From Nitrosopumilus sp. (GTDB lineage: Archaea > Thermoproteota > Nitrososphaeria > Nitrososphaerales > Nitrosopumilaceae), in the NCBI GenBank assembly GCA_965203315.1, contig OZ241857.1:416001-480000 (forward strand): a stretch of 64,000 nucleotides of DNA, given 5' to 3'. Of the stretch, positions 11,928 to 22,935 are shown one piece after another. Numbering within the stretch: the stretch's first letter is position 1; each line of letters opens with the position of its first letter. The notes beneath the pieces are model-generated. The model searched no databases. It was not told where the DNA came from and worked only from the letters and a program-made list of their open reading frames with translations. The position numbers and the translations under genes are program-made.

Positions 11928-12039
11928 GAATCTCTTCGGTTTACGCGGATGGCTTTTCGCAAGGTTTTTCGATAATTTTCTCCCGTAGAATCTCGTAGTG
12001 TTTTCTGACCCATCTATCCAACATAAACCGAAGAGATCC
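11928..12039. mobile_element. MITE related to the IS6 element at 14005-15508
   Basis: Ends GAATCTCTTCGGTTTACG / CATAAACCGAAGAGATCC resemble the TIR GGATGTTTTCGATTTACGTTGGATGG. Confidence 0.7.
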
Positions 12040-12168
12040 TAACAGATGTGTTTAACAAGAAACAATCTCCAAGCAGAGCAGTTATTCATGAGGAAACAAA
12101 AGTATGATGTTGTGTTGTCATTGATGTCAGGTATGATCTTTATGAAAAGTTTGTTTTTCGTGCATAAA

Positions 12169-12432
12169 CAGTTAACCCAAATATGTGTCTTTAGTGAAAG
12201 ATCTTACAACACTTGAGAAAAGTCATGAATCAATTATCACTACACAACCATGAGTTTGCTTTAAAACAACAACTGGCAAAACCGTTTGATCGATTTACGT
12301 CTAGAAACCTCACTTTCATTACAACTTTTGATTAGAAAATACATATGCAAAAATTACCGAGAGTATCTATTCGGTAATAGTCTCAGCGAAACATGACGCT
12401 GTCTTTTCAAAAAGGCACATTTGGGTTAACTG
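12169..12432. mobile_element. ISH3-derived MITE (264 bp)
   Basis: TIR CAGTTAACCCAAAT; 5-bp TSD ATAAA; matches the ISH3 end CAGTTAACGCAAAT at 13288. Confidence 0.85.
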
Positions 12433-12566
12433 ATAAACAACATGTCGACCTAATGTCATACAAACAAAATGTGAACAACGTGTCAGATGAGTAAGTGAAC
12501 TATTTTCTATACTCTAGTGTCTTCGACCACACATAAACTTTAAATACCAGCCACGAGTATTTAACT

Positions 12567-13184
12567 TTGATAACCATGAGAGAATTTGTGCTAGGCGTCT
12601 ATGACACAGTCATAGCAATAATGGATACATCGGAACAGATAACAGCCGCCGGTGCCAATCAGAGTGAGTTGATTGGAAGAACATCAATTCAAAAATTAAC
12701 ATATTTGATACAGCAAGCTTCTGACGCTGTAGAATTATCTGAATTTACACCATATCCATATGGACCTTACAGTCCTACAATTAGCCTAGTGATGAGGGAG
12801 TTGGTATCCCATGTCATTATAGAGGAAAGTAAAATTTCTGAAAAGAGTCATGACAATTATAGATACAAATTGACCGCAGATGGAAAGTCCATGGCAGAAG
12901 ATATTCAAAAAAATTGCAAAGATATCTATGAAGGGATTAAAAAATTGGTAAAAAAATGTCATGAATCTTGTTGTCTTAAAACAAGCCCGTTATCATATGC
13001 AGCAAAGTTACATTACATCACAAGCAAAGCTGAAAAGGAAAAAATAACTAGTGATGACCTAGAGAGACGAGCAAATGCACTAGGCTGGGATCTCAAAGAC
13101 AAAGATGTGAGCCAAGGAATAAGCGTACTCAAAAAATTAAATTTGATGGAGGACGAGTTACAAATAAATCAACAGTTACGATAG
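12567..13184 (+). CDS. YwgA/SocA(Panacea)-like winged-helix protein
   Basis: RTSIQKLTYL...FTPYPYGPYS motif. Confidence 0.6.
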   Translation: MITMREFVLGVYDTVIAIMDTSEQITAAGANQSELIGRTSIQKLTYLIQQASDAVELSEFTPYPYGPYSPTISLVMRELVSHVIIEESKISEKSHDNYRYKLTADGKSMAEDIQKNCKDIYEGIKKLVKKCHESCCLKTSPLSYAAKLHYITSKAEKEKITSDDLERRANALGWDLKDKDVSQGISVLKKLNLMEDELQINQQLR

Positions 13185-13287
13185 CAAAATTTAAACTGTT
13201 TTACTAGTCTCTTCAAATTTAGACTCCACTAACAAGTGTGCAAAACACACATAGTCATGACCAAAAATAATTTCCAGCATCTATAGT

Positions 13288-13905
13288 CAGTTAACGCAAA
13301 TGTGATCTTAAAACCTATAAACAAAAATAGAAAGATCTATAAAGGGTATTAAAAATTAATAACCATTGCAAAACCAAATTGAAAAATATGAACGAAAGTT
13401 TGCAAAATACATTGAAGATAATAAAATTACAAAATGGTTAACCGAAATATCTTTTCCAATATCGCAAAATTACAATGCCATGTATGGTACTTCTACAGTT
13501 TTCTCTCTCTTGTTTAAGTCGATAATGTCAAAAGCAAATATTGCAGATGTTGCAAATAATAATAAAGACAATGGTATGCCTACCGGTGAATGGGTTAGAA
13601 CATTATTCATAAAAATGGTAAATGAATGTGATCCAGCAGCAATGTTTGATAGGGTAGTTAAGGAACAAATTAGAATATTAAAACGCAAGGGGCGTTGGCC
13701 TAGTGTTCAAGACATTGCAATAGATATACACAAGGATCTGAGGTTCGATAAAACAGAAAGTGATTATCTGCATCGTGGTAAGATTGACAAGAAGACATGT
13801 CAGTATCAAAAACACATCACAGCTCAAATCACCATCAACGGGTCATCAATAGTGTTTGCAATATTTAGCATGTCAGACGAAGACACAAACGTTGATTGTA
13901 TACGT
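13288..13905 (+). mobile_element. Truncated ISH3-family element (left end and 5' half of transposase from 13366)
   Basis: TIR CAGTTAACGCAAAT; DIAIDIH motif similar to the other ISH3 transposases; no right end found. Confidence 0.75.
13331..13343 (+). promoter_or_regulatory. Shared transposase promoter AAAGATCTATAWA (also 29969-29981-, 31694-31706-, 37858-37870+, 45306-45318+, 53815-53827-, 56674-56686-)
   Basis: Same 13-mer at BRE/TATA position, with GATC 32-33 bp before each transposase start. Confidence 0.85.
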
Positions 13906-14004
13906 AGGAGTTCATGCGAAAGTCATTTTCAGGCACATATGATGTGTGATGGGTCAAATCTGACTAAATTCTCCGAGTTATTGCGGGTTTCGTGTATGTG
14001 AGGA

Positions 14005-15508
14005 GGATGTTTTCGATTTACGTTGGATGGTTTTTTAGACGACTTTTTCCTAAAACTACCCAACACTTCAAAAATAAAGCGATTGCGTCATATTTACTAG
14101 ATTTCTATTTGTAATTTAGTATATGATAGAAAACTTTAAATGAATAAAATTTTTTTAACTAAAAAATTAACTTTTTTTAAAAAAAGTGGTATATACTAGT
14201 ATATTTCTACTACACATGTGAAGCAAAATCTAGAGCAAATCTGCATGTCTGATGCTACAAAAGAATATTTGGAAATGTGCAAGTGTGTCAAAAAAGTACA
14301 AGATAACCACTACAAAGTCAAGATTCAAACAGGAGATGAAACATACGATGTTATGGGTGAACCAGGAAATTGGTTTTGCACTTGTAAAGGCTACAAGTTT
14401 GGAAAAAAGAGATGCAAACATGTCAAAATGGTTGATATCGTAGTGGAGGTTGGGACAAAAACAAAAGAAACTACGCTAGAGTCACTAAATGATGGCAAGA
14501 TTTGTTGTAAACATTGTGGCACACTAGAGACTGTAAAAAATGGCATCAGACCTAACAAAAATTATGATAATCAAAAATATTACTGCAAGATATGCGAGGT
14601 ATCGTTTTCTGGAAATGTAGGATTTGAGGGACTAGCCGCGTCACCAGAGCATGTAACTGATGCAATACATTTACATCTTACAGGATCTAGCTTGAGTGAA
14701 GTCGTACAATTTTTGGCAAAGAAAGGTGTCAAAGTTGGGTGTACCACCATTCACGACTGGACTGTAAGATACGTCAAATTGATGGATGAGTACATTTCAA
14801 CACTCGCACCTCAAATTGGTGAGATATATCATGCTGATGAAGTGTGGTTCGAGATCAATGGCAAACTGCATTATCTCTTTGCGATGCTGGATCGTAAAAC
14901 AAGGTTTTGGCTGGGCAGTCAAGTTGGCAAGAAGAAAAATAAAGCACAAGTCAATAAATTATTTAAAGAAGCAGAAAAGATTGCACAAAAAACACCATCT
15001 GTGCTGATAACTGATGGCGCAGCTTGTTATGAAGCATCGTTTAAGAAGATATTTGCAAAAGCAAAATCAGGCAAGTCATCTATTCACATTAGAGAAATTC
15101 ACATGGCAGGTGATCATGTACACAACAATGAGATGGAGAGTTTTAATGGAAAGTTTAGACATGTTGAACAAAAAATCAAAGGCTTCAAAAATGCTTTTCT
15201 TATTCGTGGAATTAGAATACATTACAATTACATTAGACCACATATGGGTTTAAACAGTGACACACCAGCCGACAGAGCTGGAATTATCATAAAAGGAGCA
15301 AATAAATGGCGCACATTAATACTGAACGCAGTGAAAACTCTGTATAATTTTAAATTTGTCTAGTAAATTCTAACAGAATTAAATAACAAGTGTTTTTTTA
15401 ATTGACATTTTAATACAAAGTTTGAATATTTCGTTTCAATAATTCCATAAAGTCTTGCAATGATGTGTCTGTAAAAAAAAATCCATCCAACGTAAATCGA
15501 AAAGATCC
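14005..15508 (+). mobile_element. IS6-family element; transposase 14218-15363 with N-terminal SWIM finger and Zn ribbon
   Basis: TIR GGAT(G/C)TTTTCGATTTACGTTGGATGG; HADE, ITDG and NNEMESFN motifs; no TSD. Confidence 0.88.
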
Positions 15509-15858
15509 CTCAACTAAACAACATACTAGAATCATTTAACAGCCAACGTTCGTCCTTGAACAATCCACAAATAATTCGTTTATTAGAAAATTATTTTATT
15601 GAACTGGCTCTAGTTATCTGTGAGTTGGGTAGATTGATAAGATCAGGCAGAAATGTATTCATGGTAAATGACAATGTACGCTATCATGGTATTGAGATTC
15701 CTGTTGACTTGATCCTAACCGATTTTGCAGAACAGAGTGGTTTTAGATGTGAGTCAATACGTATTTTGAAACGAGGTAAAGGAAACTCTAGCCAACAAAT
15801 GGGCAAGTTTGGCAAACAAGAGTTACGTAAATGTGTATACCATTGGTACAAACTATGA
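15509..15858 (+). pseudogene. C-terminal fragment of a DNA amino-methyltransferase, truncated by IS6
   Basis: MVNDNVRY...IPVDLILTDFAEQSGF...GNSSQQMG; lies directly upstream of a nuclease gene. Confidence 0.6.
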
Positions 15859-16804
15859 TAGACGAACTCGACTCTGCTAAAGAACGTGCAGTCACAATAA
15901 GTAAATTCGTAAAAAGTAGAATAAATCTAGATATCACATCAAAGATTAATGATCTTAAATTTGATCGAAATGAGTATGGTGATCTCGAGACTTTGGGTAT
16001 AAGTAAGGATGCATGGCTTTACATACTGAGCCAAGACATCGAACCAGAATTAGTATTTGCCCACCCAACAATTTTGATGACTATGCCACAATCATCATTA
16101 GACTATCGTGGAATTTCAACGTTGTCACTTAAACGTGTACAAACATTGGCATATCTGTAAAAGATGGGAAGATGGAACATATACAAGTCCATCAAAGTCA
16201 AAATGCGAAAAGATTGCTAAACTGTACAATACCATAATATCGACAATAATTCTGAATTCAGATGGTTGGACTAGAGAATGGTTATCGAAATATCGTGGCA
16301 ACGTTAGGGATAACAGCGGACGGACAGATAAGAAATCTCATTGGAGTTGAGGGTGAGACTAGTATCAGGCAATTAATTGTAAATTGGTTAGAGTCAGTTC
16401 CTGAAATATCGATCGAATCTATTGATGATCACTATCTTTTATCTAGTGGATCCAAAGTTGTTAAAATGATCTTTGCATCTGATCCAGATATAATATTTAT
16501 GACCAAACTTGATGATGAATGGAAGATTATGTCAACGATAGAGATAAAGAGCGGTACAGATCCTGCAGGAGCCTTAGAAAGATTAGGAGCAATTCAGAAG
16601 AGTTTTAAAGAAATACCAACTCAATCAAAAAATTTTGTTGTTCTTGGCGTAACCACTAGAGAAATGTTCAGTCGTCTAGAAAAAATGAATGTTGAAAAAA
16701 TATTTGACTTGTTTGATATATTGTATGGACACAAAAAGATAGAATTTCTTAACGAGATATTTCATTACACGTTAAGATTCGTACCCAAGGACATACGTTC
16801 ATAA
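15855..16804 (+). pseudogene. XcyI-like restriction endonuclease, two frameshifts
   Basis: Three overlapping ORFs; SDPDI...IEIKSGTDPAGALERLGA PD-(D/E)XK core. Confidence 0.65.
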
Positions 16805-16980
16805 TAAATTATACATATCTTGATTCATCAACACAAACATAATCTGGAAAGGCATTTGACAAGTACTAGTCTCATTCTTTTACAACAGAATAGTGTACGA
16901 GACAGGTATAGCATCATGGTAAATTAGACATACCAAGCTAATTAATATATACAAAGACGAGATCTCCATATCAGATAAAG

Positions 16981-17937
16981 ATGTATCCACATATACTTGC
17001 CACAAAGACAAAGGCCTTTCTGTACCATGCGGACTGCCTAGATGTAATACCGACACTAAAGAAGAATATCGATCTCACATTTCTAGATCCGCCATTCAAT
17101 CAAGGTAAAGACTATGAGAATCACAACGATATGCTACCCGAAGAGCAATACTGGAACATGATGAAAACAGTTTGTAAAGATGTTTATGACAAGACCAATG
17201 ACGGCGGTTGTATCTATTTTATGCAGAGAGAGAAAAATACTATACATGTATTGAATATATTACAAGAGACAGGCTGGACATTCCAAAACTGCATAATCTG
17301 GAAGAAAAAGACTTCGGCAGTTCCTATGCGTTATCGTTATGGCAAGTCGTATCAAGTTATCGTCTTTGCGACTAGAGGTAGTGCACCAAAGACATTCAAC
17401 AAACTTCGGATAAACCCTGAAACTCCACCACACTATAAACTAAAACGAGACAATGGTATCTTTGTTACAGATGTGTGGGATGACATACGAGAGTTGACAT
17501 CTGGCTATTTTGCAGGTGAAGAGCCACTCGTTGATAACAATGGTAGATTCCACAAACAACAGACATCACTTGAAGTGTTGTTGAGAATCATACTATCTTC
17601 TACACAGAAAGGTGATACAATACTAGATCCCTTTGCCGGTACTGGTACCACGTCACTTGTGGCGTCACAACTATCAAGAAGGAGCATCTCTATCGAGAAA
17701 GCAAAGAGAAATATCACTTGTATCAAAAAACGTATTGAGAATATCCGCACAGTTGATAACATTGAGAGACATTACGACAAGTATAGTTTTACCGAAAATT
17801 TATCTACAATCTGGGATTATACCAATGATGCCATGTTGGGTCATTCAGATAAACAAACTAGATCGACTTTAAGAGACACTAACTCTCAATTAATGGCAAA
17901 CGGTCTCACCAAAAAGGAGGATGATCACAAGTGTTAA
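16981..17937 (+). CDS. Beta-class N4C/N6A DNA methyltransferase
   Basis: DPPF precedes LDPFAGTGT. Confidence 0.92.
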   Translation: MYPHILATKTKAFLYHADCLDVIPTLKKNIDLTFLDPPFNQGKDYENHNDMLPEEQYWNMMKTVCKDVYDKTNDGGCIYFMQREKNTIHVLNILQETGWTFQNCIIWKKKTSAVPMRYRYGKSYQVIVFATRGSAPKTFNKLRINPETPPHYKLKRDNGIFVTDVWDDIRELTSGYFAGEEPLVDNNGRFHKQQTSLEVLLRIILSSTQKGDTILDPFAGTGTTSLVASQLSRRSISIEKAKRNITCIKKRIENIRTVDNIERHYDKYSFTENLSTIWDYTNDAMLGHSDKQTRSTLRDTNSQLMANGLTKKEDDHKC

Positions 17938-19229
17938 AGAGTATACACAAAAACAAGCCAAGTGAAGAATGGACATTTCTAGATATCAGTACCAAAAAAT
18001 ATACACACGCTTTACATCTATACCCTGCGCGCATGCATCCAGAGATAGCCAAACGTTTAATCATAAAATATGCTGACAAGAACGATGTGATTCTAGATCC
18101 ATTTGCAGGATCAGGCGGAGTCATACTTGAATCAATAATACAAGGACACAACTCTATTGGAATTGACATAAATCCATTTGCGGTATTGCTTTCAAGAGTA
18201 AAGACCACGCCGATAGAGAAAAATCTTGCACAAACATTAAAGAGAATAATATCAAATTCATCTAGAGATTGTCACGATAAAGATTATCATCTAGAGTGTG
18301 TTCCAGATACAATAGATCTGAAACAATGGTATCCTAGTTACTCTCTCAAGAGACTTGCTAGTTTAAAATACCATGTATTCAAGATTCGAGATATCAACGT
18401 GAGGGACTTTTTCAAGATATGTCTCTCACTTGCCATTAGGAGATCAAGCTATCAACGAAATGGTGCTTGGAAGATTCATAGAATCTCAGAATCAGATAGA
18501 ACATACTTTAAACCAGATCCTATAAAGATATTTGCAGATATTGCTCAAGATAACATAAACAAGATGCATGACCTAGTAATCACTAAACCAAAAGGCAAAG
18601 CATATGTTCAACTAGGCGATTCTAGAGATATCACGGGCATCTTTTCAAAGATCAATAACAATATACTACAAGAAAGAAAGGCAAATCTAGTAATCACTTC
18701 ACCACCTTATGGAGATCATAGCACTACAGTAGCATATGGTCAATTCTCAAAACACTCTAGCATGTGGCTAGAGCTAGGGAAAGAGAGTGCACTTGCAGTT
18801 GATTCAATTGGTTTGGGAGGTACTCAAAAAACAGGTGAGGAACTAGGATCAGATATACTAAATGACACATTAGACAAAGTTTACAAAAATGACATTAAAA
18901 TGACAAAGAACAAAAAACCATGTCGAGTATCTGCTGTATACTCTTTCTTTTATGACTTGGACAAATGTATGTACGAGATATCTAAAAATCTAGTTCCTGA
19001 CAAGAGTCATTGCTGTCTTGTTGTCGCCAATAGAACAGTTAGACGTGTTGTGATTCCAACCGATCAAATCACAATAGATCTAGGTAAAAAGTATGGATTC
19101 CGAGTAGAGCAGATAATCAAACGAGACATACCAAACAAATCTATGCCAATAAAGAATGCACCAGAGAATATTACAAACGAGACAGGCAATACAATGACTC
19201 AAGAAAAAGTTATAGTCCTGAGTTACTGA
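17931..19229 (+). CDS. Alpha-class N4-cytosine methyltransferase (M.MvaI-like)
   Basis: YPARM, DPFAGSG and TSPPYGD motifs. Confidence 0.9.
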   Translation: MLKSIHKNKPSEEWTFLDISTKKYTHALHLYPARMHPEIAKRLIIKYADKNDVILDPFAGSGGVILESIIQGHNSIGIDINPFAVLLSRVKTTPIEKNLAQTLKRIISNSSRDCHDKDYHLECVPDTIDLKQWYPSYSLKRLASLKYHVFKIRDINVRDFFKICLSLAIRRSSYQRNGAWKIHRISESDRTYFKPDPIKIFADIAQDNINKMHDLVITKPKGKAYVQLGDSRDITGIFSKINNNILQERKANLVITSPPYGDHSTTVAYGQFSKHSSMWLELGKESALAVDSIGLGGTQKTGEELGSDILNDTLDKVYKNDIKMTKNKKPCRVSAVYSFFYDLDKCMYEISKNLVPDKSHCCLVVANRTVRRVVIPTDQITIDLGKKYGFRVEQIIKRDIPNKSMPIKNAPENITNETGNTMTQEKVIVLSY

Positions 19230-19231
19230 GC

Positions 19232-19951
19232 GTGTTATCAATGAGACGCTATGAAGATATTCTGAAAGATCTGATCGAAATAAAAGAACGTGGTTTTATC
19301 AAAACACATAGAAGAGGAAATACAGGTGTAGGTAAGACTTTGGAAGATCTGTTGAACATCAAAGAGAACAATATTCCAGGGCCTAACAGTCATTTGACCG
19401 AACTAAAGTCATCTAGAAAGAACACTCAAAGTATGTTGACATTATTTACAAAATCGCCTCTACCAACAAAGATAAACGGAAGACTGTTTGATGTGTTTGG
19501 TCGTAGAAACAGAGATGGCAAGAAATCTCTACATACCATTCTAAACGCTACCTCGAGAAATACTCTGTATGGCAAGAGAGGGTTCATTATCAAGATAAAC
19601 GGCACGAGAATTGAGATTGATTGTCCTACAGATGATCTTGGACAAGTACCATACTGGAATGAATACATTTTAGAGAAATTCTTTAATCGTAAATACGTTA
19701 AAAATCTATTGTATGTGAAAGCCGATCATAGAAATAAAGGAGTAAATGAAGAGTTTCATTACACTGAGGCATATCTTTTGAGTGGATTTAGTTTTAAACA
19801 TTTCAAGAAACTACTCAAAGAGGGTAAAATTCGGATAGATGTAAGAATTGGACAACACTCCGACGGTACTCCTCACGATCACGGTACGGGGTTTAGGATA
19901 ATGCACAATGATCTCGATTTGTGTTTTTCAACCCGAGAAAGGGTGCTATAA
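19232..19951 (+). CDS. MvaI/BcnI-family restriction endonuclease
   Basis: GNTGVGKTLEDLL.I.ENN, ELKS, LTLFT and HDHGTGFRI motifs. Confidence 0.92.
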   Translation: MLSMRRYEDILKDLIEIKERGFIKTHRRGNTGVGKTLEDLLNIKENNIPGPNSHLTELKSSRKNTQSMLTLFTKSPLPTKINGRLFDVFGRRNRDGKKSLHTILNATSRNTLYGKRGFIIKINGTRIEIDCPTDDLGQVPYWNEYILEKFFNRKYVKNLLYVKADHRNKGVNEEFHYTEAYLLSGFSFKHFKKLLKEGKIRIDVRIGQHSDGTPHDHGTGFRIMHNDLDLCFSTRERVL

Positions 19952-20011
19952 GTTTGGAAACCAAATCCGGAAACGAGGACCTGGATCATTTAGATACTAA
20001 ACCATGCAATT

Positions 20012-20080
20012 TTTCTCACTTTAATACAAAATTTCTCTCATGTACACATGAAAGTACTATCACTGCCTAGCAGATCACTC
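20012..20080 (+). repeat. Direct repeat of 22297-22365 (promoter and first codons of the PrgI-like gene)
   Basis: TTTCTCACTTTAATACAAAATTTCTCT...(A/G)TGAAAGTACTATCACTGCCTAGCA occurs at both sites. Confidence 0.85.
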
Positions 20081-20482
20081 AATATACACTAGATATGAAG
20101 TGTCTAGCAAAGAAAGAAGTATAATTCCTGAATCTGAGATGCTAGACTCATCAAAACCTGAAATTGCTGAAAACATTGAGACCATCTCAGAAAGTCCAAC
20201 TATCAAAACTACAAGAATACGATATACAAAAGCGAAGGAGTAAATCTAGTGCTGTCGATAACACTAGCTGGTAAATCTCCACATTGCCAATCTTTCTATA
20301 TGGTCTTTGAACAAGATTATTCTTATCCATTATGCAAGTGATGACAATCTACCAGAATAGTATTTTAAACTCTTAAAACAAGACTAGGTGTCGATACATA
20401 ATGAACTATGTAATCAGTCAGTGTCTGATATTTTTTCCAGCTTGTACATATAGTCAACTATTGAATGTGGAGATGACATAAA

Positions 20483-21265
20483 CTGCTAGTCTTAAAGAAA
20501 GAGTCAAGATCGCCACTAAGATATGCAGGTGGAAAGACCAGGGGAGTAGCAGAGATAGCAAGTTTCATTCCTACTGGTACCAAGGTACTTTGCTCACCAT
20601 TTTTTGGTGGCGGTTCAGTTGAGCTACTCTGTGCGAGTCGTGGAATCAAAGTATGTGGATTTGATAACTTTAAACCGTTGGTGGAGTTTTGGCAATGTCT
20701 GCTACAGAATCCCAAGAAACTAGCAGAGATCGTCAGTAAATATTATCCACTTCCCAAATCAAGATTTTACGAGTTACGAAATACTCTACATACACTTAAA
20801 ACAAAATATGAGCGAGCAGCTGTCTTTTATGCATTGAATCGTTCGTCATTCTCTGGAACAACACTCTCTGGAGGCATGTCTCCTGGACATCCTCGTTTCA
20901 CACCTTCGTCTATAGAACGCCTAGCTAATTTCAAGATAGATAATGTAAGTGTACAACAAGCCGATTTTGGAGACTCTATACAAAAGTCACGAAACAACTT
21001 ACTATATCTCGACCCTCCGTATCTACTAAATCAACGGCTTTATGGAAATAACGGCAACATGCACAACAACTTTGATCATACTCGACTGGCTGAGATACTT
21101 TATACAAAAGACAACTGGATCTTGTCATATAATAACTGCAAAGCGATCCATAAATTGTACAAAGAGTATACGATTCACTATCCTGCTTGGAAGTATGGCA
21201 TGTCAAATAACAAAGATTCACGAGAAGTATTGATACTCAGTCACAATATCGCTAGGGGAATATGA
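20483..21265 (+). CDS. Dam/D12-like DNA methyltransferase (start codon uncertain or damaged)
   Basis: Frame open from 20477: SPLRYAGGKT, SPFFGGGS, YLDPPY. Only a CTG (20483) is available upstream of motif X. Confidence 0.8.
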   Translation: MLVLKKESRSPLRYAGGKTRGVAEIASFIPTGTKVLCSPFFGGGSVELLCASRGIKVCGFDNFKPLVEFWQCLLQNPKKLAEIVSKYYPLPKSRFYELRNTLHTLKTKYERAAVFYALNRSSFSGTTLSGGMSPGHPRFTPSSIERLANFKIDNVSVQQADFGDSIQKSRNNLLYLDPPYLLNQRLYGNNGNMHNNFDHTRLAEILYTKDNWILSYNNCKAIHKLYKEYTIHYPAWKYGMSNNKDSREVLILSHNIARGI

Positions 21266-22215
21266 TGCCCACTCAAACCCAATCTGGAAAAGCGTTTGAA
21301 TATGCACTGGCCTCATCACTTTACAACAAGATCCGGAACTATCAAGATGTCGAGTTGGTTATGGATTCCTTGTATGAAAACGCTCAAAAGTGCTTCAAGA
21401 TATTTAGCAAACATGAAAAGCAACAATACAGTGTTGCATCAGATGTAGCAATCCGTCACATATGGGATCTTGAACCTAGATTGGCGAACCCATTGACAAA
21501 AAATTCACGTATTAAAATCTTGATCCAATCTGATCAAAAAGGCACGATGGGTGATGTACGGGATATTGTTACTGTAAACTCGGATGATGATTGGCAGATA
21601 GGATTTTCAGCAAAGAACAGGAATGACGTAGTAAAGAACTCGCGATTATCAGACAAGATTGACTTTGGTAAAGAGTGGTTGGGAATACCATGCTCTGACA
21701 TATACATGAACAAAGCTAGACATATCTTTGGAGAGTTGAGGGATATTATATAATCCACAAAATATTGGAATCAACTAGATAACAAAACAACTGAATATTA
21801 TGCTCCAGTTCTTTGTGCATTACAAGAAGAGTTGTCTAGGCTGGCAACAAGTAACAATAGTGTACCTGAACGTTTGATCTCATATATGATGGGCAAGAAA
21901 GACTATTACAAGATTATAAAGTATAACAAGTATACTGAGATTAAAGGGTACAACATGTATGGTACGTTAAATTGCTCATCTGGAAAGATTAAACCGAAAC
22001 ACAGAGTCAAACAAATCCAGTTTCCATCTAAAATATTAAAGATAGAGATGATTAGAGAGAATAGACTAGAGATCTTTTTTAATGGTGGGCGGACATTAGG
22101 ATTCAGAATTCATAACGCAACTTCAAAGATAGAGCCATCACTTAAACTTGATGTCAGAACTATTGGAATACCAAACAACATGTATGTTGATCGAGAGAGA
22201 TGGGATTCTGCATAA
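21262..22215 (+). pseudogene. HaeIII-family restriction endonuclease with in-frame TAA at 21751-21753
   Basis: GKAFEYA, GDVRDI, IGFSAK, SRLS and FRIHNATSKIEPSLKLDV motifs; both ORFs are in the same frame. Confidence 0.85.
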
Positions 22216-22332
22216 TTTAAACAAGTGACTGTATACGTACAGTCACATAACAAGCTAGTAATATTGCACATATTACATCTGGGACATTCTCTCATATTTC
22301 TCACTTTAATACAAAATTTCTCTTACGTACAC

Positions 22333-22935
22333 GTGAAAGTACTATCACTGCCTAGCAAATCGCTCCTCGATACCAGATGGATAAATCTCTCTATCCGAAA
22401 CTTTTCCCCTCGAGAGTTTCTGGGTTTGGTTGTAGGTTTACTGTGTATTGTGGGGACGATTGCAGGCAAAATCCATCCTGCTATGATACCACTTGGTATA
22501 CTGATCATGATCTTTGGATTTCTGCCGTTTGGGTTTCTACCTCCTGAGATACAGATACAGAGTTTTATACGATTTCATTTGGCAAGAAAGAGAGTCAGGA
22601 CAGCAGCAACGAAATCACACATGCTTGGATATGGCATGTACAGTACAGAAGATATTACAACCATAACAGAGGATACCGAAATAGTACGTGTACAAGACCT
22701 AGATACACCATATACTATACGATTAAAGACCGACACTAAAGGTCAGTTTATTCCAGTATCGATATATTTCACTAAAGATAACAACGAGATTCACATCGCA
22801 GACTCTACTACTGATATACGTGGTATGGTGTCATGTACAATACTCCTAGATGACTATGGAGAGAGACAGATCAGAATAGTAGATGCAAACCACACTGTAC
22901 TATACGACAAGACGGTGAGGTTTGAGCACAAATGA
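22333..22935 (+). CDS. Two-TM membrane protein with beta-rich C-terminal domain (PrgI/VirB3-like position)
   Basis: Hydrophobic hairpin; overlaps the VirB6-like gene; start supported by the ATG in the duplicate at 20048. Confidence 0.5.
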   Translation: MKVLSLPSKSLLDTRWINLSIRNFSPREFLGLVVGLLCIVGTIAGKIHPAMIPLGILIMIFGFLPFGFLPPEIQIQSFIRFHLARKRVRTAATKSHMLGYGMYSTEDITTITEDTEIVRVQDLDTPYTIRLKTDTKGQFIPVSIYFTKDNNEIHIADSTTDIRGMVSCTILLDDYGERQIRIVDANHTVLYDKTVRFEHK

